The notes under the pieces were generated by a model that saw only the letters and a list, made by a program, of their open reading frames with translations, was not told the origin of the DNA and ran no database searches. A program made the position numbers and the translations under genes. DNA of 64,000 nucleotides from an uncultured Nitrospiraceae bacterium (GTDB taxonomy: Bacteria; Nitrospirota; Nitrospiria; Nitrospirales; Nitrospiraceae): NCBI GenBank assembly GCA_963706325.1, contig CAVPLT010000007.1, positions 64,001-128,000 on the forward strand. The letters are read 5' to 3'. The stretch's first letter is position 1. The number at the start of each line of letters is the position of its first letter. Below are positions 28,552 to 38,276 of the stretch, piece by piece.

Positions 28552-29619
28552 TTAGCGCGGTGGCCGGCCGGTCTGCGCGCTGCCGACATTGCTCATGCAG
28601 CTCAATGTTTCGCAGGCGCACGGAAGGATGGATTTGTTCGATGGCTGGTCGTGGTATTGGCCCACCTGTCGGCCGGAGCCTACCTCTATCTCAATAAGAA
28701 AACTGTACTTGAGGAGCAGCAGGGCGAGGCGCGGCAGCCAGGGAAGAATTCCCACGCCCAGACAAATGGAGAGCGCCACGATAGACGTCACCAGGTCCTC
28801 ATCCAATCCGGTTTCCGTCGCAAAGATCACGGCGGTGACGGCAGAGGGCATGGCGGCGACGAGCACCACCACGGCTCGTTCCATCCCGACGAGATTCAAC
28901 AACCAGGCGACGGCAAGCCCGAGCAGCAACCCTCCGACCATACGTAACGTCACTCCCAGCAGGGCGAGCCACAGCGCACGGCGCAGCACGGAAACACTGA
29001 TCGAGAGACCCAACACGAGACTAGCCAGCGGCGTAGTGGTGAGATGAAGAGGAACGAGTACCTCGTGCAGCCAAGCGGGAAGATGGTAACCGAAGGCGTT
29101 GAGGGTCAGACTGCCGCAGAGCGCCCACAGCGGTGGAGAAGAGAGCAAGCGCACCAGAACTGATTGTAGCGTTGAGGCGCCCGCGCCATGCCATACGGCA
29201 AGGCCGTAGATCAGCGTGAGAGTCAACGTGCTCTGACCAAGATCAAACAATATGGCCTGCGCCAGCCCCTGATCACCGAGCGTCGCGAGCACGACGGGAT
29301 AGGCGAAGTACACCGAATTGATACAGGCGGTGCCCAGCGTAAATCCCCCTTGCGTGGCGCGGGGAAGTTCGAGCAGCCGGGAAAGTTGCCAGGAGCAGAG
29401 CAGCATCAAGAGGGTGACCAGACAGGCGGCCAGCGGGACTTTCCATGCCGTGGAGGCGAAAGTCATACCATCCAACGACACGAGAATGGTCGCGGGCAAG
29501 CTGATCGAAAACACCATCGACGCGAGTCGTTCCGCTTGAACTTTTCCAAGCAGGGCGAATGAGCGGAGCAAAGCGCCCATAAAAAAGATCGCGATAAAGG
29601 CCTGCAGCGTGGCGGACAT
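28552..29619 (-). CDS. AEC (auxin efflux carrier) family transporter
   Basis: About 10 TM segments; SLPA, NSVYFAYP, LLSSPPL, AMPSAV; polar C-terminal extension. Confidence 0.85.
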   Translation of the reverse strand: MSATLQAFIAIFFMGALLRSFALLGKVQAERLASMVFSISLPATILVSLDGMTFASTAWKVPLAACLVTLLMLLCSWQLSRLLELPRATQGGFTLGTACINSVYFAYPVVLATLGDQGLAQAILFDLGQSTLTLTLIYGLAVWHGAGASTLQSVLVRLLSSPPLWALCGSLTLNAFGYHLPAWLHEVLVPLHLTTTPLASLVLGLSISVSVLRRALWLALLGVTLRMVGGLLLGLAVAWLLNLVGMERAVVVLVAAMPSAVTAVIFATETGLDEDLVTSIVALSICLGVGILPWLPRLALLLLKYSFLIEIEVGSGRQVGQYHDQPSNKSILPCACETLSCMSNVGSAQTGRPPR

Positions 29620-29719
29620 GATCGGGAGAGTAGCAGAAATTCGCTTCCAGAAGGACCCGCTTCACTTGTCGGCGAACGCGCCAGAATTTTATGTGCGCTG
29701 GCCCAACGCGCCTGCTAGG

Positions 29720-30961
29720 ATGGCCCATCCCATGAATCAACCTTCTGTATCCGCGGGACCGCGTCAAGCGGCGGTCTTCTTCATTCTCATCACGGTGGTC
29801 CTCGACATGTTGTCGTTCGGGATCATCATCCCCGTGCTGCCCCGGCTCGTCGAAGATTTTCTCGGCGGGGACACGGCGCAGGCGGCGGAGATCTACGGCC
29901 TCATGGGAACAGCGTGGGCCTTGATGCAGTTCATCTGTTCGCCGATTCAGGGCGCGCTCTCCGATCACTTCGGCCGACGACCGGTGGTGCTCCTCTCCAA
30001 CCTTGGTCTCGGTCTCGATTTCATCTTGATGGCGTTGGCTCCGAATCTGACCTGGCTTTTTGCAGGTCGGGTCATTTCGGGAATCGCCTCGTCGAGTTTT
30101 AGTACGGCCGGCGCCTATATCGCCGACGTCACTCCGCCAGAGAACCGAGCCGGGGCATTCGGCATGATGGGGGCGGCCTTCGGGTTGGGATTTGTCCTGG
30201 GGCCCGCGGTGGGTGGGCTCTTGGGCGCCATCGATCCGCGTTGGCCATTCTGGGGCGCGGCAGCGACCAGTTTGCTCAATGCCTGTTACGGATTTTTCGT
30301 CCTCCCGGAATCGCTCGCGCTCGACAAGCGAGCCCCCTTTCGCTGGAGACGAGCCAATCCGGTCGGGTCACTTGTGCTGCTCCGTTCACATCACGAACTC
30401 TTTGGGCTCGCGACGGCGAACTTTCTGATGAACCTCGCGCATGTGGTGCTCCCGAGCGTGGCTGTCCTGTACTTAGGCTATCGCTATGGTTGGGGGCCAT
30501 CCGCCGTCGGGTTCACACTGGCGGCCGTGGGCGTTTGTGCCATGATCGTTCAAGGCGCGTTGGTGAAGCCGATCACCGCGCGACTAGGCGAGCGACGCAC
30601 CATGCTCACGGGGTTCTTCTGCGGGGCGGCGGGCTTTGCGATCTATGGCCTTGCCCCCACGCCGGCCCTCTATTGCCTGGGCATTCCGGTCATGGCGTTT
30701 TGGGGCCTGGCCGGACCATCGGCGCAAGTGTTTATGACGCGCCGCGTGAGTTCCGCCGAACAGGGACAATTGCAGGGCGCCATTGCGAGCCTGACCGGCA
30801 TCGCCGGGTTGATCGGCCCGACTCTCTTCACACAAATATTCGCAGCCTTCATCGGGCCCCAAGCCGATTGGCATCTTCCCGGCGCGCCCTATCTGCTTTC
30901 GACGATATTCTTGCTGGTGGCGATGCTCGTCGCCGGGCGAGCGACGAGTGTCGCTCGTTAG
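29720..30961 (+). CDS. TetA/TCR family MFS efflux transporter
   Basis: LDMLSFGIIIPVLP, GALSDHFGRRPV, AYIADVT, GFVLGPAVGG. Confidence 0.92.
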   Translation: MAHPMNQPSVSAGPRQAAVFFILITVVLDMLSFGIIIPVLPRLVEDFLGGDTAQAAEIYGLMGTAWALMQFICSPIQGALSDHFGRRPVVLLSNLGLGLDFILMALAPNLTWLFAGRVISGIASSSFSTAGAYIADVTPPENRAGAFGMMGAAFGLGFVLGPAVGGLLGAIDPRWPFWGAAATSLLNACYGFFVLPESLALDKRAPFRWRRANPVGSLVLLRSHHELFGLATANFLMNLAHVVLPSVAVLYLGYRYGWGPSAVGFTLAAVGVCAMIVQGALVKPITARLGERRTMLTGFFCGAAGFAIYGLAPTPALYCLGIPVMAFWGLAGPSAQVFMTRRVSSAEQGQLQGAIASLTGIAGLIGPTLFTQIFAAFIGPQADWHLPGAPYLLSTIFLLVAMLVAGRATSVAR

Positions 30962-30983
30962 CCGGGGGTGTGACAGTGTCTTG

Positions 30984-32060
30984 TCAGCGGGCGCCGTGTA
31001 CGACGATTTCCCTGGTTCGATATATTGCCAGCGCGCGCATGCCCGCTTCTTCCGCCTCATGCTCCCGTTCAGTCTTTCGATAGAGGTCGGCCAGGAGCGA
31101 CCAGGCTGCGGCCTCGACGTCCTGATCGCGCAAGGTTTGTGACAGCAACAGCGCGCGTCTTCCTAACGTAATGCCTTCGTTGAACTGCCCGTCGGCGCTA
31201 TCGAGCTGCGCAAGCCTGAGTCGCAGCTTAGCTTCGAACAGCAACTGGTGTTCCGCCTCAGCCAGACGCAGGCCCTCGCCATAATCGGTGCGCGCATCGG
31301 ACGTGTAATCCGAGAGCCAGTGGGCGTCACCCAACGAGAGGATGGCCATAAGCTCCTGCTCCACATCGTGGCGTGTCCGTGCGTCTTGTCTGGCCTGTTG
31401 CAGTGAAGCCAGCCCCATCTCGGTGTGTCCTTCGTCTACCTGCAGCAAGCCCAACTGCACCAGCGCCTCGTTCCACCCTCGCGAATCTTTCACGCGCCTG
31501 AAAAGCGTGATGGCTTGGTCGAGCGCATCATGGGCTTCATCGCGTTGTCCAAGTCGAGCCGCTATGCGGCCCTTAATCAGGAGTGCGCCGGCATGGGAGG
31601 CTTTATCTGGTGATCGAGCCAAGACGGGGAGCGCCTCTTCAAGCGCCTTGTAGGCCTCCTGCGGTTTGCCTTGGCGCTCATAGACCCGAGCCATCTTCAC
31701 CAGCGCGATGGCGATGCCTCGCGGCTGTTGCTTCTCGCGAAATCTTGACAGGGCCAGTTGGTAATACGTCAGCGTTTCGGGAAAATGATGTTGATGGTCG
31801 TGTATCTCGCCGATGCGAAGTAATTCATGCCCCGAGAGCGTGCTGGGCGAAGAGTCATTCGGCTTTGCGGTCGAGGACGCGAGTGCCCAAGCCGGTTCCA
31901 GGCCGGACAAGAGGCAGAGGAGACAGGCACTCAAAAGCCATAGGTTCGTTGTGAAGGAGTGCGGAAACCAGGGGTCTGTAGGAAGCGCATAGTGGTTCGC
32001 TCTACCGCACGGGTTTGGGTTGCGCGGCTCAAGCAAAGACCTGTGCATGACATGCCGCAT
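30984..32060 (-). CDS. TPR repeat protein (start uncertain)
   Basis: Multiple helical TPR-like units (ALLIKGRIAARLG, ALVQLGLL). Confidence 0.75.
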   Translation of the reverse strand: MRHVMHRSLLEPRNPNPCGRANHYALPTDPWFPHSFTTNLWLLSACLLCLLSGLEPAWALASSTAKPNDSSPSTLSGHELLRIGEIHDHQHHFPETLTYYQLALSRFREKQQPRGIAIALVKMARVYERQGKPQEAYKALEEALPVLARSPDKASHAGALLIKGRIAARLGQRDEAHDALDQAITLFRRVKDSRGWNEALVQLGLLQVDEGHTEMGLASLQQARQDARTRHDVEQELMAILSLGDAHWLSDYTSDARTDYGEGLRLAEAEHQLLFEAKLRLRLAQLDSADGQFNEGITLGRRALLLSQTLRDQDVEAAAWSLLADLYRKTEREHEAEEAGMRALAIYRTREIVVHGAR

Positions 32061-32181
32061 CGGGCAGCAGCATGCGCCCGCCGATCGGAGAGGTCAAGCG
32101 AGCAGACCTCTCCGCTTGCCTCGTCCCATCGAGAAGGGTAAGATCGGCCATACCGCCCGAACCCCACATAGAGGAGGTGTG

Positions 32182-32952
32182 ATGTCTACGACACGCGCGA
32201 CTCCCAAACGAGCCCGGATTTCCCTCGACCGCAGTATAGAACGTCTGCGCAAGCAACTCTCCGACTTGGCCACCTACTTAGGTAGAGGCCGTCCCAAGCG
32301 TGACCTGGAAGAGTTCGATCAGGAGACCGAAGACCTGCTTGCGGACGTGCTTGGAGACACGTCCGAACTGTTGGACGCCTATGAGTATGCCGAATTCGGC
32401 GAAGCGGCCGGCTTGGTGAACATGACGGACGAAGCGCCGGAGAACGCCGGTGTCGAGAGTCAGCGGCAACGGCTGCTGCAACGCAGCCGCGTGTTGGAGA
32501 GCTGTATTGCAGAATTGGAAGCTCGACGAGCCGCTGAGCCGAAACCAACTCAGGCCAGCCGGCAGGCGCTGATCGGTCCTCAGGTCGCCGAACACATGTC
32601 TGCCGATATCCGCAGCCTGTCGCAGGAGGCCAGTCTGCGTGAGGCAGGCCGGCTGATGGAGCAGCACAAGCTGGGGTCGCTGCTTCTGACGGACAATCAC
32701 GCTTATGTGGGATTCATCACCGATGCCATCCTTGCGCGCGCCGTCGTTGCCAATGGGTTGAATGCCGATACCGCCGTCAAGGTCTGTATGCGCAAGCCGG
32801 TGGTGGCGATCGCCGGCGATCGGCCCATCATCGAGGCGGTGCGCATGATGAAGGACGAAGCGACCCGGCACCTGGCCGTGACGCAAGATGGCTCGATCAT
32901 CGGGGTGATTTCGGTGTCCAATATTTTGCGGTACTACTCCGGAGTGGTCTAG
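32182..32952 (+). CDS. CBS-pair protein with an uncharacterised N-terminal helical domain
   Basis: GAGGAGG RBS; C-terminal CBS pair (VAEHMS...GSLLL...GFITD; RHLAV...GVISVSNIL). Confidence 0.85.
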   Translation: MSTTRATPKRARISLDRSIERLRKQLSDLATYLGRGRPKRDLEEFDQETEDLLADVLGDTSELLDAYEYAEFGEAAGLVNMTDEAPENAGVESQRQRLLQRSRVLESCIAELEARRAAEPKPTQASRQALIGPQVAEHMSADIRSLSQEASLREAGRLMEQHKLGSLLLTDNHAYVGFITDAILARAVVANGLNADTAVKVCMRKPVVAIAGDRPIIEAVRMMKDEATRHLAVTQDGSIIGVISVSNILRYYSGVV

Positions 32953-32987
32953 CCGAATAGTGCGAATGTCACCATGAGATGCTCAAA

Positions 32988-33108
32988 GGGATGCTCAAAG
33001 AGGCCGTTCAGCAAGGCCGCATTGACCGAGGGACTGAAGCGTACCCGTTGGGGACGTTGATGGTCCGAGCGCTGCTAGAACGACGCTGGCGGGCTTTTTC
33101 AGCATTCC
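32988..33108. repeat. Palindromic intergenic repeat, family A, copy 2
   Basis: GGGATGCTCAAAG...GTTCAGCAAGGCCGC...GCGTACC...ACGTTGA...AGAACGACGCTGGCGGGCTTTTTCAGCATTCC; the ends are inverted repeats. Confidence 0.75.
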
Positions 33109-33127
33109 ATACAAGAGGAGGTTGCCC

Positions 33128-33487
33128 ATGGGTCCGACAAAAGCCATCGTTAAGGGACTGGCACTCTATGACGCCGTCAGCGATAAACTGATACAGGATG
33201 GATTTGCGAACCGTCAGGCGCTGGATGAACACGTGAAGCATCACTATATCGCCGTGCCCGTGCTCGACAACGCCGGCATAGCATGGCAGCTTGATGGGAG
33301 GCCGGTCTATTGTCTGCATGGCGTGCGATATGAGACGGTCGACAATCAGAAGGTCCATCTCGCCCGTTGCCCGGATTGCGGCGGCATGGGTATTCGCGCG
33401 GACGAACTCACGGTCGAATCGGATTGCATTCGATGCACCGCCTGCGGTCACGAATTCGATGCGCGGTTAGAGATGATGGAGACGTAG
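33128..33487 (+). CDS. Hypothetical protein with a C-terminal zinc ribbon
   Basis: AGAGGAGG RBS; CPDC...CTAC. Confidence 0.75.
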   Translation: MGPTKAIVKGLALYDAVSDKLIQDGFANRQALDEHVKHHYIAVPVLDNAGIAWQLDGRPVYCLHGVRYETVDNQKVHLARCPDCGGMGIRADELTVESDCIRCTACGHEFDARLEMMET

Positions 33488-33509
33488 AAGAAGGGGCCTG
33501 CTAGGTCAA

Positions 33510-33650
33510 GTAGACACGGCGGTCTCACCATCTCGTCGGCGCGTGCAAACATGCCCTGTGTATTCATCGTGGTCGCGATCGGTCCAACGCGCTCAAGGTT
33601 CTGGAAGACCTAGGCCGAGCAAGAACCAAACGTCTTTGAAACAGCCTGCC
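33510..33650. repeat. Intergenic repeat, family B-related
   Basis: CTCACCATCTCGTCGGCGCGTGCAAACATG...GTCGCG is similar to CTCACCGTCTCGCCGGCGTGCGCAGACGTG...GTCGCG at ~52812. Confidence 0.55.
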
Positions 33651-33827
33651 ACTGGGCATTCTTGTTGCTCGCCTCCTACGTGAGGAAACCAAGAAGAAGT
33701 ACACAAGCCAGGCTTGTAACGAGGTATACTCCGTTTCCGGACGGAGAGGGCTGATCGTGCGCTTCCTTCAAGCAGAGATATAGTCCGTCAGGCGGTGAAA
33801 TCGAAGAATTGGATGAGGGAGGCAGGC

Positions 33828-34373
33828 ATGGCAGGGACAGCAGTTCGTCGACGGAAAGCTCCGGTGAAGCAGAAAAAAACGACGTCCGCGCGTCGAAGGA
33901 CCAAGGCCGGATCCACCGGGCCATCCGGCGCGGTCATCGTACTGTCCGGGGCCACCGCGCTGCGCCGACAAAAGGCCGCCGAAGTGCTGGCTGCGGAGAT
34001 GCAATTGGACCTGGCCAGCGTGGATCTGTCCGCGGTCGTCAGCAAACACATCGGTGAAACCGAGAAAAATTTGACCCGCGTCTTCGACATGGCCAACCGG
34101 CATGGATCGATCCTTTTCTTTGATGAAGCGGATGCGTTATTTGGGAAACGCACCCATGTCCACGATGCCCATGGCCGTTACGCGAATGCTGAGGCGCCCT
34201 ATCTTCTGCAATGCATTGAGGATCACCAGGGACTCGTCATCCTGACGACCAATGGGAAGAGCCGCATCGAAGATGCCTTCTCGCCAGAAAAGCCGGTGAT
34301 CGTGCTGGGAGGGACAGGGAAGAAAAAGTCCAAAGTAAAAAAAAGGTCGTCGAGAAGACTTGAGAGGCGATGA
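33828..34373 (+). CDS. Degenerate AAA+ domain protein with basic tails, paralog 1
   Basis: DLSAVVSKHIGETEKNL, ILFFDEADALFGKR, ILTTN; Walker A replaced by SGATALRRQK. Confidence 0.8.
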   Translation: MAGTAVRRRKAPVKQKKTTSARRRTKAGSTGPSGAVIVLSGATALRRQKAAEVLAAEMQLDLASVDLSAVVSKHIGETEKNLTRVFDMANRHGSILFFDEADALFGKRTHVHDAHGRYANAEAPYLLQCIEDHQGLVILTTNGKSRIEDAFSPEKPVIVLGGTGKKKSKVKKRSSRRLERR

Positions 34374-34496
34374 AGCGGTTGCTGCAGGGTCTCTCGTTGC
34401 GATGCAAACCGTCGCCGTCAGATACTATCCGAAAGAATCTGTCACATTTAGGGGACGTGAAACGAAAAGGTCAGGCCAATGGGGCTTCCAGGTTTC

Positions 34497-34745
34497 CTAT
34501 GAACCTGTGGAGATGAGCGATATTTTCGAGGATCGGTCCAGTGATTTGATCGCAGCTTCCCGTTGTAATGCGGCACTCTTGTTGTCGTGATGTTCGGCGT
34601 ACCGTATCGTGAAAGGCCCACGGTGTTTGGTGTATTTCGCCCCTTTGCCGGTCGTATGAGCTTTCATCCGACGCTCTAAATCATTCGTGATCCCCGTGTA
34701 GAGACTGCCGTCAGTGCATTCCAGGATATAAACGATCCAAGTCAT
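34497..34745 (-). CDS. GIY-YIG nuclease family protein (YazA/YhbQ-like)
   Basis: VYILECTDGSLYTGITNDLERR...GAKYT...ALQREAAIK. Confidence 0.93.
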   Translation of the reverse strand: MTWIVYILECTDGSLYTGITNDLERRMKAHTTGKGAKYTKHRGPFTIRYAEHHDNKSAALQREAAIKSLDRSSKISLISTGS

Positions 34746-34964
34746 ATGGTGCGAGGCCGATGTTTCCTGGTGCGCTCTTGCGCGCTCACATTACTTTGTG
34801 TCGACGGGCTGGGGCGATGATAGCGTAAGCATGGCAGGGGAACAATGGTCTACGATGAGGATGGTAAGGGGGGCCTCTGGCATAAGCCATTCTGCTGCAG
34901 TCAGAAGTAAATGTCGCGCGCGCCCCTTTGATGTTCTCCCGCGGGGTCTGCTCACGCTCCGTTG

Positions 34965-34994
34965 TTGACAGGCCTGACCGAACCCACGTAGCGT
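34965..34994 (+). promoter_or_regulatory. Putative sigma70 promoter, possibly leaderless
   Basis: TTGACA-N18-TAGCGT ending 9 nt before ATG 35004; no obvious RBS. Confidence 0.45.
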
Positions 34995-35003
34995 ATTTCT
35001 TTC

Positions 35004-35357
35004 ATGTCTTGTAACGCATTGGTTGATCAGGAACTCCGCGCGGCAGAAGTGGCCTGGAAAGCCGGCAATGAGGGCAAGGCGAGGGTGTGCGCTCGGCGCG
35101 CGGTCGCCAGAGCCGCCGAATCGTGGCTGGTGCGCCTAGCCAAGCCACCTGGGCGGGGGGATGTCATGGACCAGCTTCGGCGGATTCTGCAGAACACAAC
35201 CTTCCCTCTTTCCGTTCGGCAGGCGGCAGAACGACTGAGTACGGCCGTGACCAAACGGCAGGCCGAGCCGTTTACGGTCGATCCCATCAGTGACGCGAAT
35301 ATCGTCATTGCGCATCTGGCGAACGAGACGAGGCCCAAAGGCTTTCGTGAGGATTGA
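35004..35357 (+). CDS. Hypothetical protein
   Basis: GNEGKARVCARRA motif; promoter directly upstream. Confidence 0.7.
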   Translation: MSCNALVDQELRAAEVAWKAGNEGKARVCARRAVARAAESWLVRLAKPPGRGDVMDQLRRILQNTTFPLSVRQAAERLSTAVTKRQAEPFTVDPISDANIVIAHLANETRPKGFRED

Positions 35358-35358
35358 C

Positions 35359-35910
35359 GTGGAGGGAATACTGTCATCAGAGTCCTTGCGATCGCCGGCA
35401 GAGCTTCAGAATCGGAGCATTGTGGTCATTCTGGTCATGGGCGTAGCCGGAGCGGGGAAAACGACGATCGGTCGTTGCTTGGCGGACGAATTAGGTTGGC
35501 AGTTCTCAGATGGGGATGACTTTCATCCGGCGGCAAATATCGAAAAGATGCGACAAGGGCAGGCGCTCACCGATGCCGATCGCCAGCCGTGGCTCGAGCG
35601 GATGCATTCCGCCATTGTCGATCGGATCACCAGAAATCAACCGGCGGTCCTGGCTTGCTCGATCTTAAAGGCGCGGTACCGAGAGATCATCGAGGCCGGT
35701 TGTAACCATCACATACGATTGGTCTATCTCAAGGGCACCATGAATGTCTTTCGTGAGCGCCTCGCTCATCGCGTCGAACACTTTATGCCACAGGAACTCT
35801 TGGCCAGCCAATTCGCTATCCTAGAGGAACCGGCCGATGCGCTCGTCGTCAATGCGGCGCTTCCGCCGCATGAAATCGTCCGGCAAATTCGCGACCAACT
35901 CGGGTTGTGA
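35359..35910 (+). CDS. gntK: Gluconokinase (GntK/IdnK family); start uncertain
   Basis: VMGVAGAGKTT, DGDDFHPAANIEKM, LTDADRQPWL, HFMP..LLASQF..LEEP. Confidence 0.92.
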   Translation: MEGILSSESLRSPAELQNRSIVVILVMGVAGAGKTTIGRCLADELGWQFSDGDDFHPAANIEKMRQGQALTDADRQPWLERMHSAIVDRITRNQPAVLACSILKARYREIIEAGCNHHIRLVYLKGTMNVFRERLAHRVEHFMPQELLASQFAILEEPADALVVNAALPPHEIVRQIRDQLGL

Positions 35911-36027
35911 GTCCACGTCAAACACCCGAGACATTCAGAGAGGGTGCCCCTTTCCCTCTTCCCTCTAAAAGCTCGACCGAGGCAGCCGTTTCCAAGGCAC
36001 ACCGGCCACGTCCTCTTACGGTCATGG

Positions 36028-36387
36028 TCACTCCTTCACATAGTGTACGCGCACGGAATCGATCAGGCCGTCGTCATCGACGGTCATCATCTCCGCCGCC
36101 AGCAGCCCGTTGACACTGCGATAATACAGCAGCATGCTATCGATGCCGAGGAGGATACGTATCAGCTCGAATCGCAGATGGGGGTAGGCTTGGAGTCCGT
36201 TCTGGAAATACTCTTTCAATGCCTCGCGTCCATGGATCGTTCCGGACGATTCTCCGGCGAGAGCCTGTACGAACGGGCTGGTAAACTTCACATTCGTCGC
36301 ATAATGTTGCACGATCGCGTCGAGGTCATGCCGGTTCCAAGCTGTGATCCAAGCCTGGGCCAGACCGATCGCTTGTTCTTCGTTCAT
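36028..36387 (-). CDS. SnoaL-like / NTF2 family protein
   Basis: WITAWNRHDLDAIVQHY...FTSP...GREALKEYF. Confidence 0.88.
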   Translation of the reverse strand: MNEEQAIGLAQAWITAWNRHDLDAIVQHYATNVKFTSPFVQALAGESSGTIHGREALKEYFQNGLQAYPHLRFELIRILLGIDSMLLYYRSVNGLLAAEMMTVDDDGLIDSVRVHYVKE

Positions 36388-36535
36388 CTCCCGGGCCTTT
36401 CGACAGCAGACTATTGGATGTTGTTGAGAGTACGGCAGACGATGGATGGCGAGCAAGGCCTTCTACGCATGAATTGCAGATCGTGACGTATCTTTTGGCC
36501 CGGCTACCATTGCGGAATATGCTCCCATCTCTCTA

Positions 36536-37021
36536 ATGATCAAGCCTTCTTCTCACAGCGGTATTCCCGTCATCGCCCTGGTCACATTATGGAAGGCGTT
36601 CGTCCTATTGTTCGTGGGGGCAGGGCTGCTTCGGCTGCTGGATGCCGAGATCGCAACGTTTTTAGATCCTGTCATGGATATTTTTCATCTCCAGGTTCAT
36701 ACACGGCTCATCCATTCATTCCTCTTGAAGCTCACGGCATTGTCGCCTCATCACGTGGTTCTGATGGCGGAGGTGAGCCTGCTGTATGCGGCATGGTTAT
36801 GTGTCGAAGGATTCGGTCTGTGGGTCGAGGCTCCCTGGGCGGCATACATGACCGTGATTTCCACCAGCCTTTTTCTGCCCGTTGAATTTCACGACGTGAT
36901 TCGGCATCTCACGGCGCTGCGTGTGGCGGTATTTTCCCTCAACGTAGCGATCGTGGTCTACCTCGTTGCTCTGTTGGGTGGCGAGCGATCCAGTACCCGT
37001 GAAAACTTCTTCCCAGGCTGA
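36536..37021 (+). CDS. DUF2127 family membrane protein
   Basis: YAAWLCVEGFGLW...WAAY.TVISTS.FLPVE...NVAIVVYL. Confidence 0.82.
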   Translation: MIKPSSHSGIPVIALVTLWKAFVLLFVGAGLLRLLDAEIATFLDPVMDIFHLQVHTRLIHSFLLKLTALSPHHVVLMAEVSLLYAAWLCVEGFGLWVEAPWAAYMTVISTSLFLPVEFHDVIRHLTALRVAVFSLNVAIVVYLVALLGGERSSTRENFFPG

Positions 37022-37104
37022 TCCCTAGTTGCGTCCGCGTGGTTCGAGCGGCAGAGTGTCGTCATACTCTTTGGGGGTGTCCACCTTGAGGAAGGAGCGG
37101 AGCG

Positions 37105-38175
37105 ATGGATGGGACAAGACAACCGGGACGTATCTGGTCCAGGACACTCGATCGTCGGCAACTGTTGAAAACTCTTGGCGTGGTCGGCTCGGTACTGGCT
37201 CTGGACGGCCCCGCCAGGGTGGCTCGAGCCTGGGCCGGCGGGCAGATGCAGCCGGCGCCCGCAGGTAGCCAACCGGGCGCCCTACCTCGGCGCATGCTCG
37301 GAAGAACCGGAGTGGAAGTCTCCGCACTGTGCTTTGGGGGTGCTCATCTCGGTCGGATCGACGGGGAGGCTGAGGCCATTCGCGTGTTACACGAAGCCAT
37401 CGATGCGGGCATGACCTTTCTCGACAATGCCTGGGAATACAACCATGGCGTCTCCGAGGAACGGATGGGGAAAGCGCTGCAGGGCCGACGACAGCAGGTG
37501 TTCTTGATGACAAAGGTATGTTCACACGGACGAAGCAAGCAGGTTGCGATGCAACAACTTGAAGAGTCGCTCCAACGATTGCGAACCGATCACATTGATC
37601 TTTGGCAGATTCACGAAGTGATTTACGCCAATGACCCCGATCGACATTTCGCCCCCGGCGGTGTGATCGAGGCTATGCTGGACGCGAAGCGGCAAGGCAA
37701 AGTCCGATTTCTCGGGTTCACGGGCCACAAAGACCCTGCGATCCATCTCAAGATGTTGCAGCATGACTTTCCTTTCGACACCTGTCAGTTGCCGTTGAAC
37801 GTATTTGATGGGACCTACCGGAGTTTCGAGCAGGCGGTATTGCCGGTATTGAATGAGCGAGGTATCGCGCCGCTGGCGATGAAATCGTTGAGCGGAAACG
37901 GGGATGCCATCAAACGCGGCGTCGTCACTCTCGATGAAGCTCTGCGGTATGTCTTGAGCCTTCCGGTGGCGACCGTGGTCAGCGGAATCGATTCGCGTGA
38001 AGTCCTCCGGCAGAATCTGGCGATTGCGCGTGCCTTCACCCCGATGACTGTCGCCGAAATGGAAACGTTACGGGCCCGCATGGCGCCGTACGCGAGGGAG
38101 GGCCAATTTGAACTGTTCAAATCTTCCAATCGATTCGACGGACAGCTTGGGCGGGAACAACAGGCGCGTTCTTGA
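37105..38175 (+). CDS. Aldo/keto reductase with a Tat-like signal peptide
   Basis: DRRQLLK twin-arginine motif; LGRTGVEVS, FLDNAWEY, FLMTK, DHIDLWQIH. Confidence 0.9.
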   Translation: MDGTRQPGRIWSRTLDRRQLLKTLGVVGSVLALDGPARVARAWAGGQMQPAPAGSQPGALPRRMLGRTGVEVSALCFGGAHLGRIDGEAEAIRVLHEAIDAGMTFLDNAWEYNHGVSEERMGKALQGRRQQVFLMTKVCSHGRSKQVAMQQLEESLQRLRTDHIDLWQIHEVIYANDPDRHFAPGGVIEAMLDAKRQGKVRFLGFTGHKDPAIHLKMLQHDFPFDTCQLPLNVFDGTYRSFEQAVLPVLNERGIAPLAMKSLSGNGDAIKRGVVTLDEALRYVLSLPVATVVSGIDSREVLRQNLAIARAFTPMTVAEMETLRARMAPYAREGQFELFKSSNRFDGQLGREQQARS

Positions 38176-38276
38176 ATGTCATCGCACGCTCATCAGTCAC
38201 CCCGGCCAGGGGAATCCCTAGCTGCCCAACTTGGAAGAGAGGGATATACAGAGATTAACAGTGGAGGAGATACGCC

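Noticed and set aside
28416..28700. Cobalamin riboswitch upstream of hpnR
   Set aside because: No B12-box or GGGAA...GCCCCCGC-type motifs are recognisable on the minus strand.
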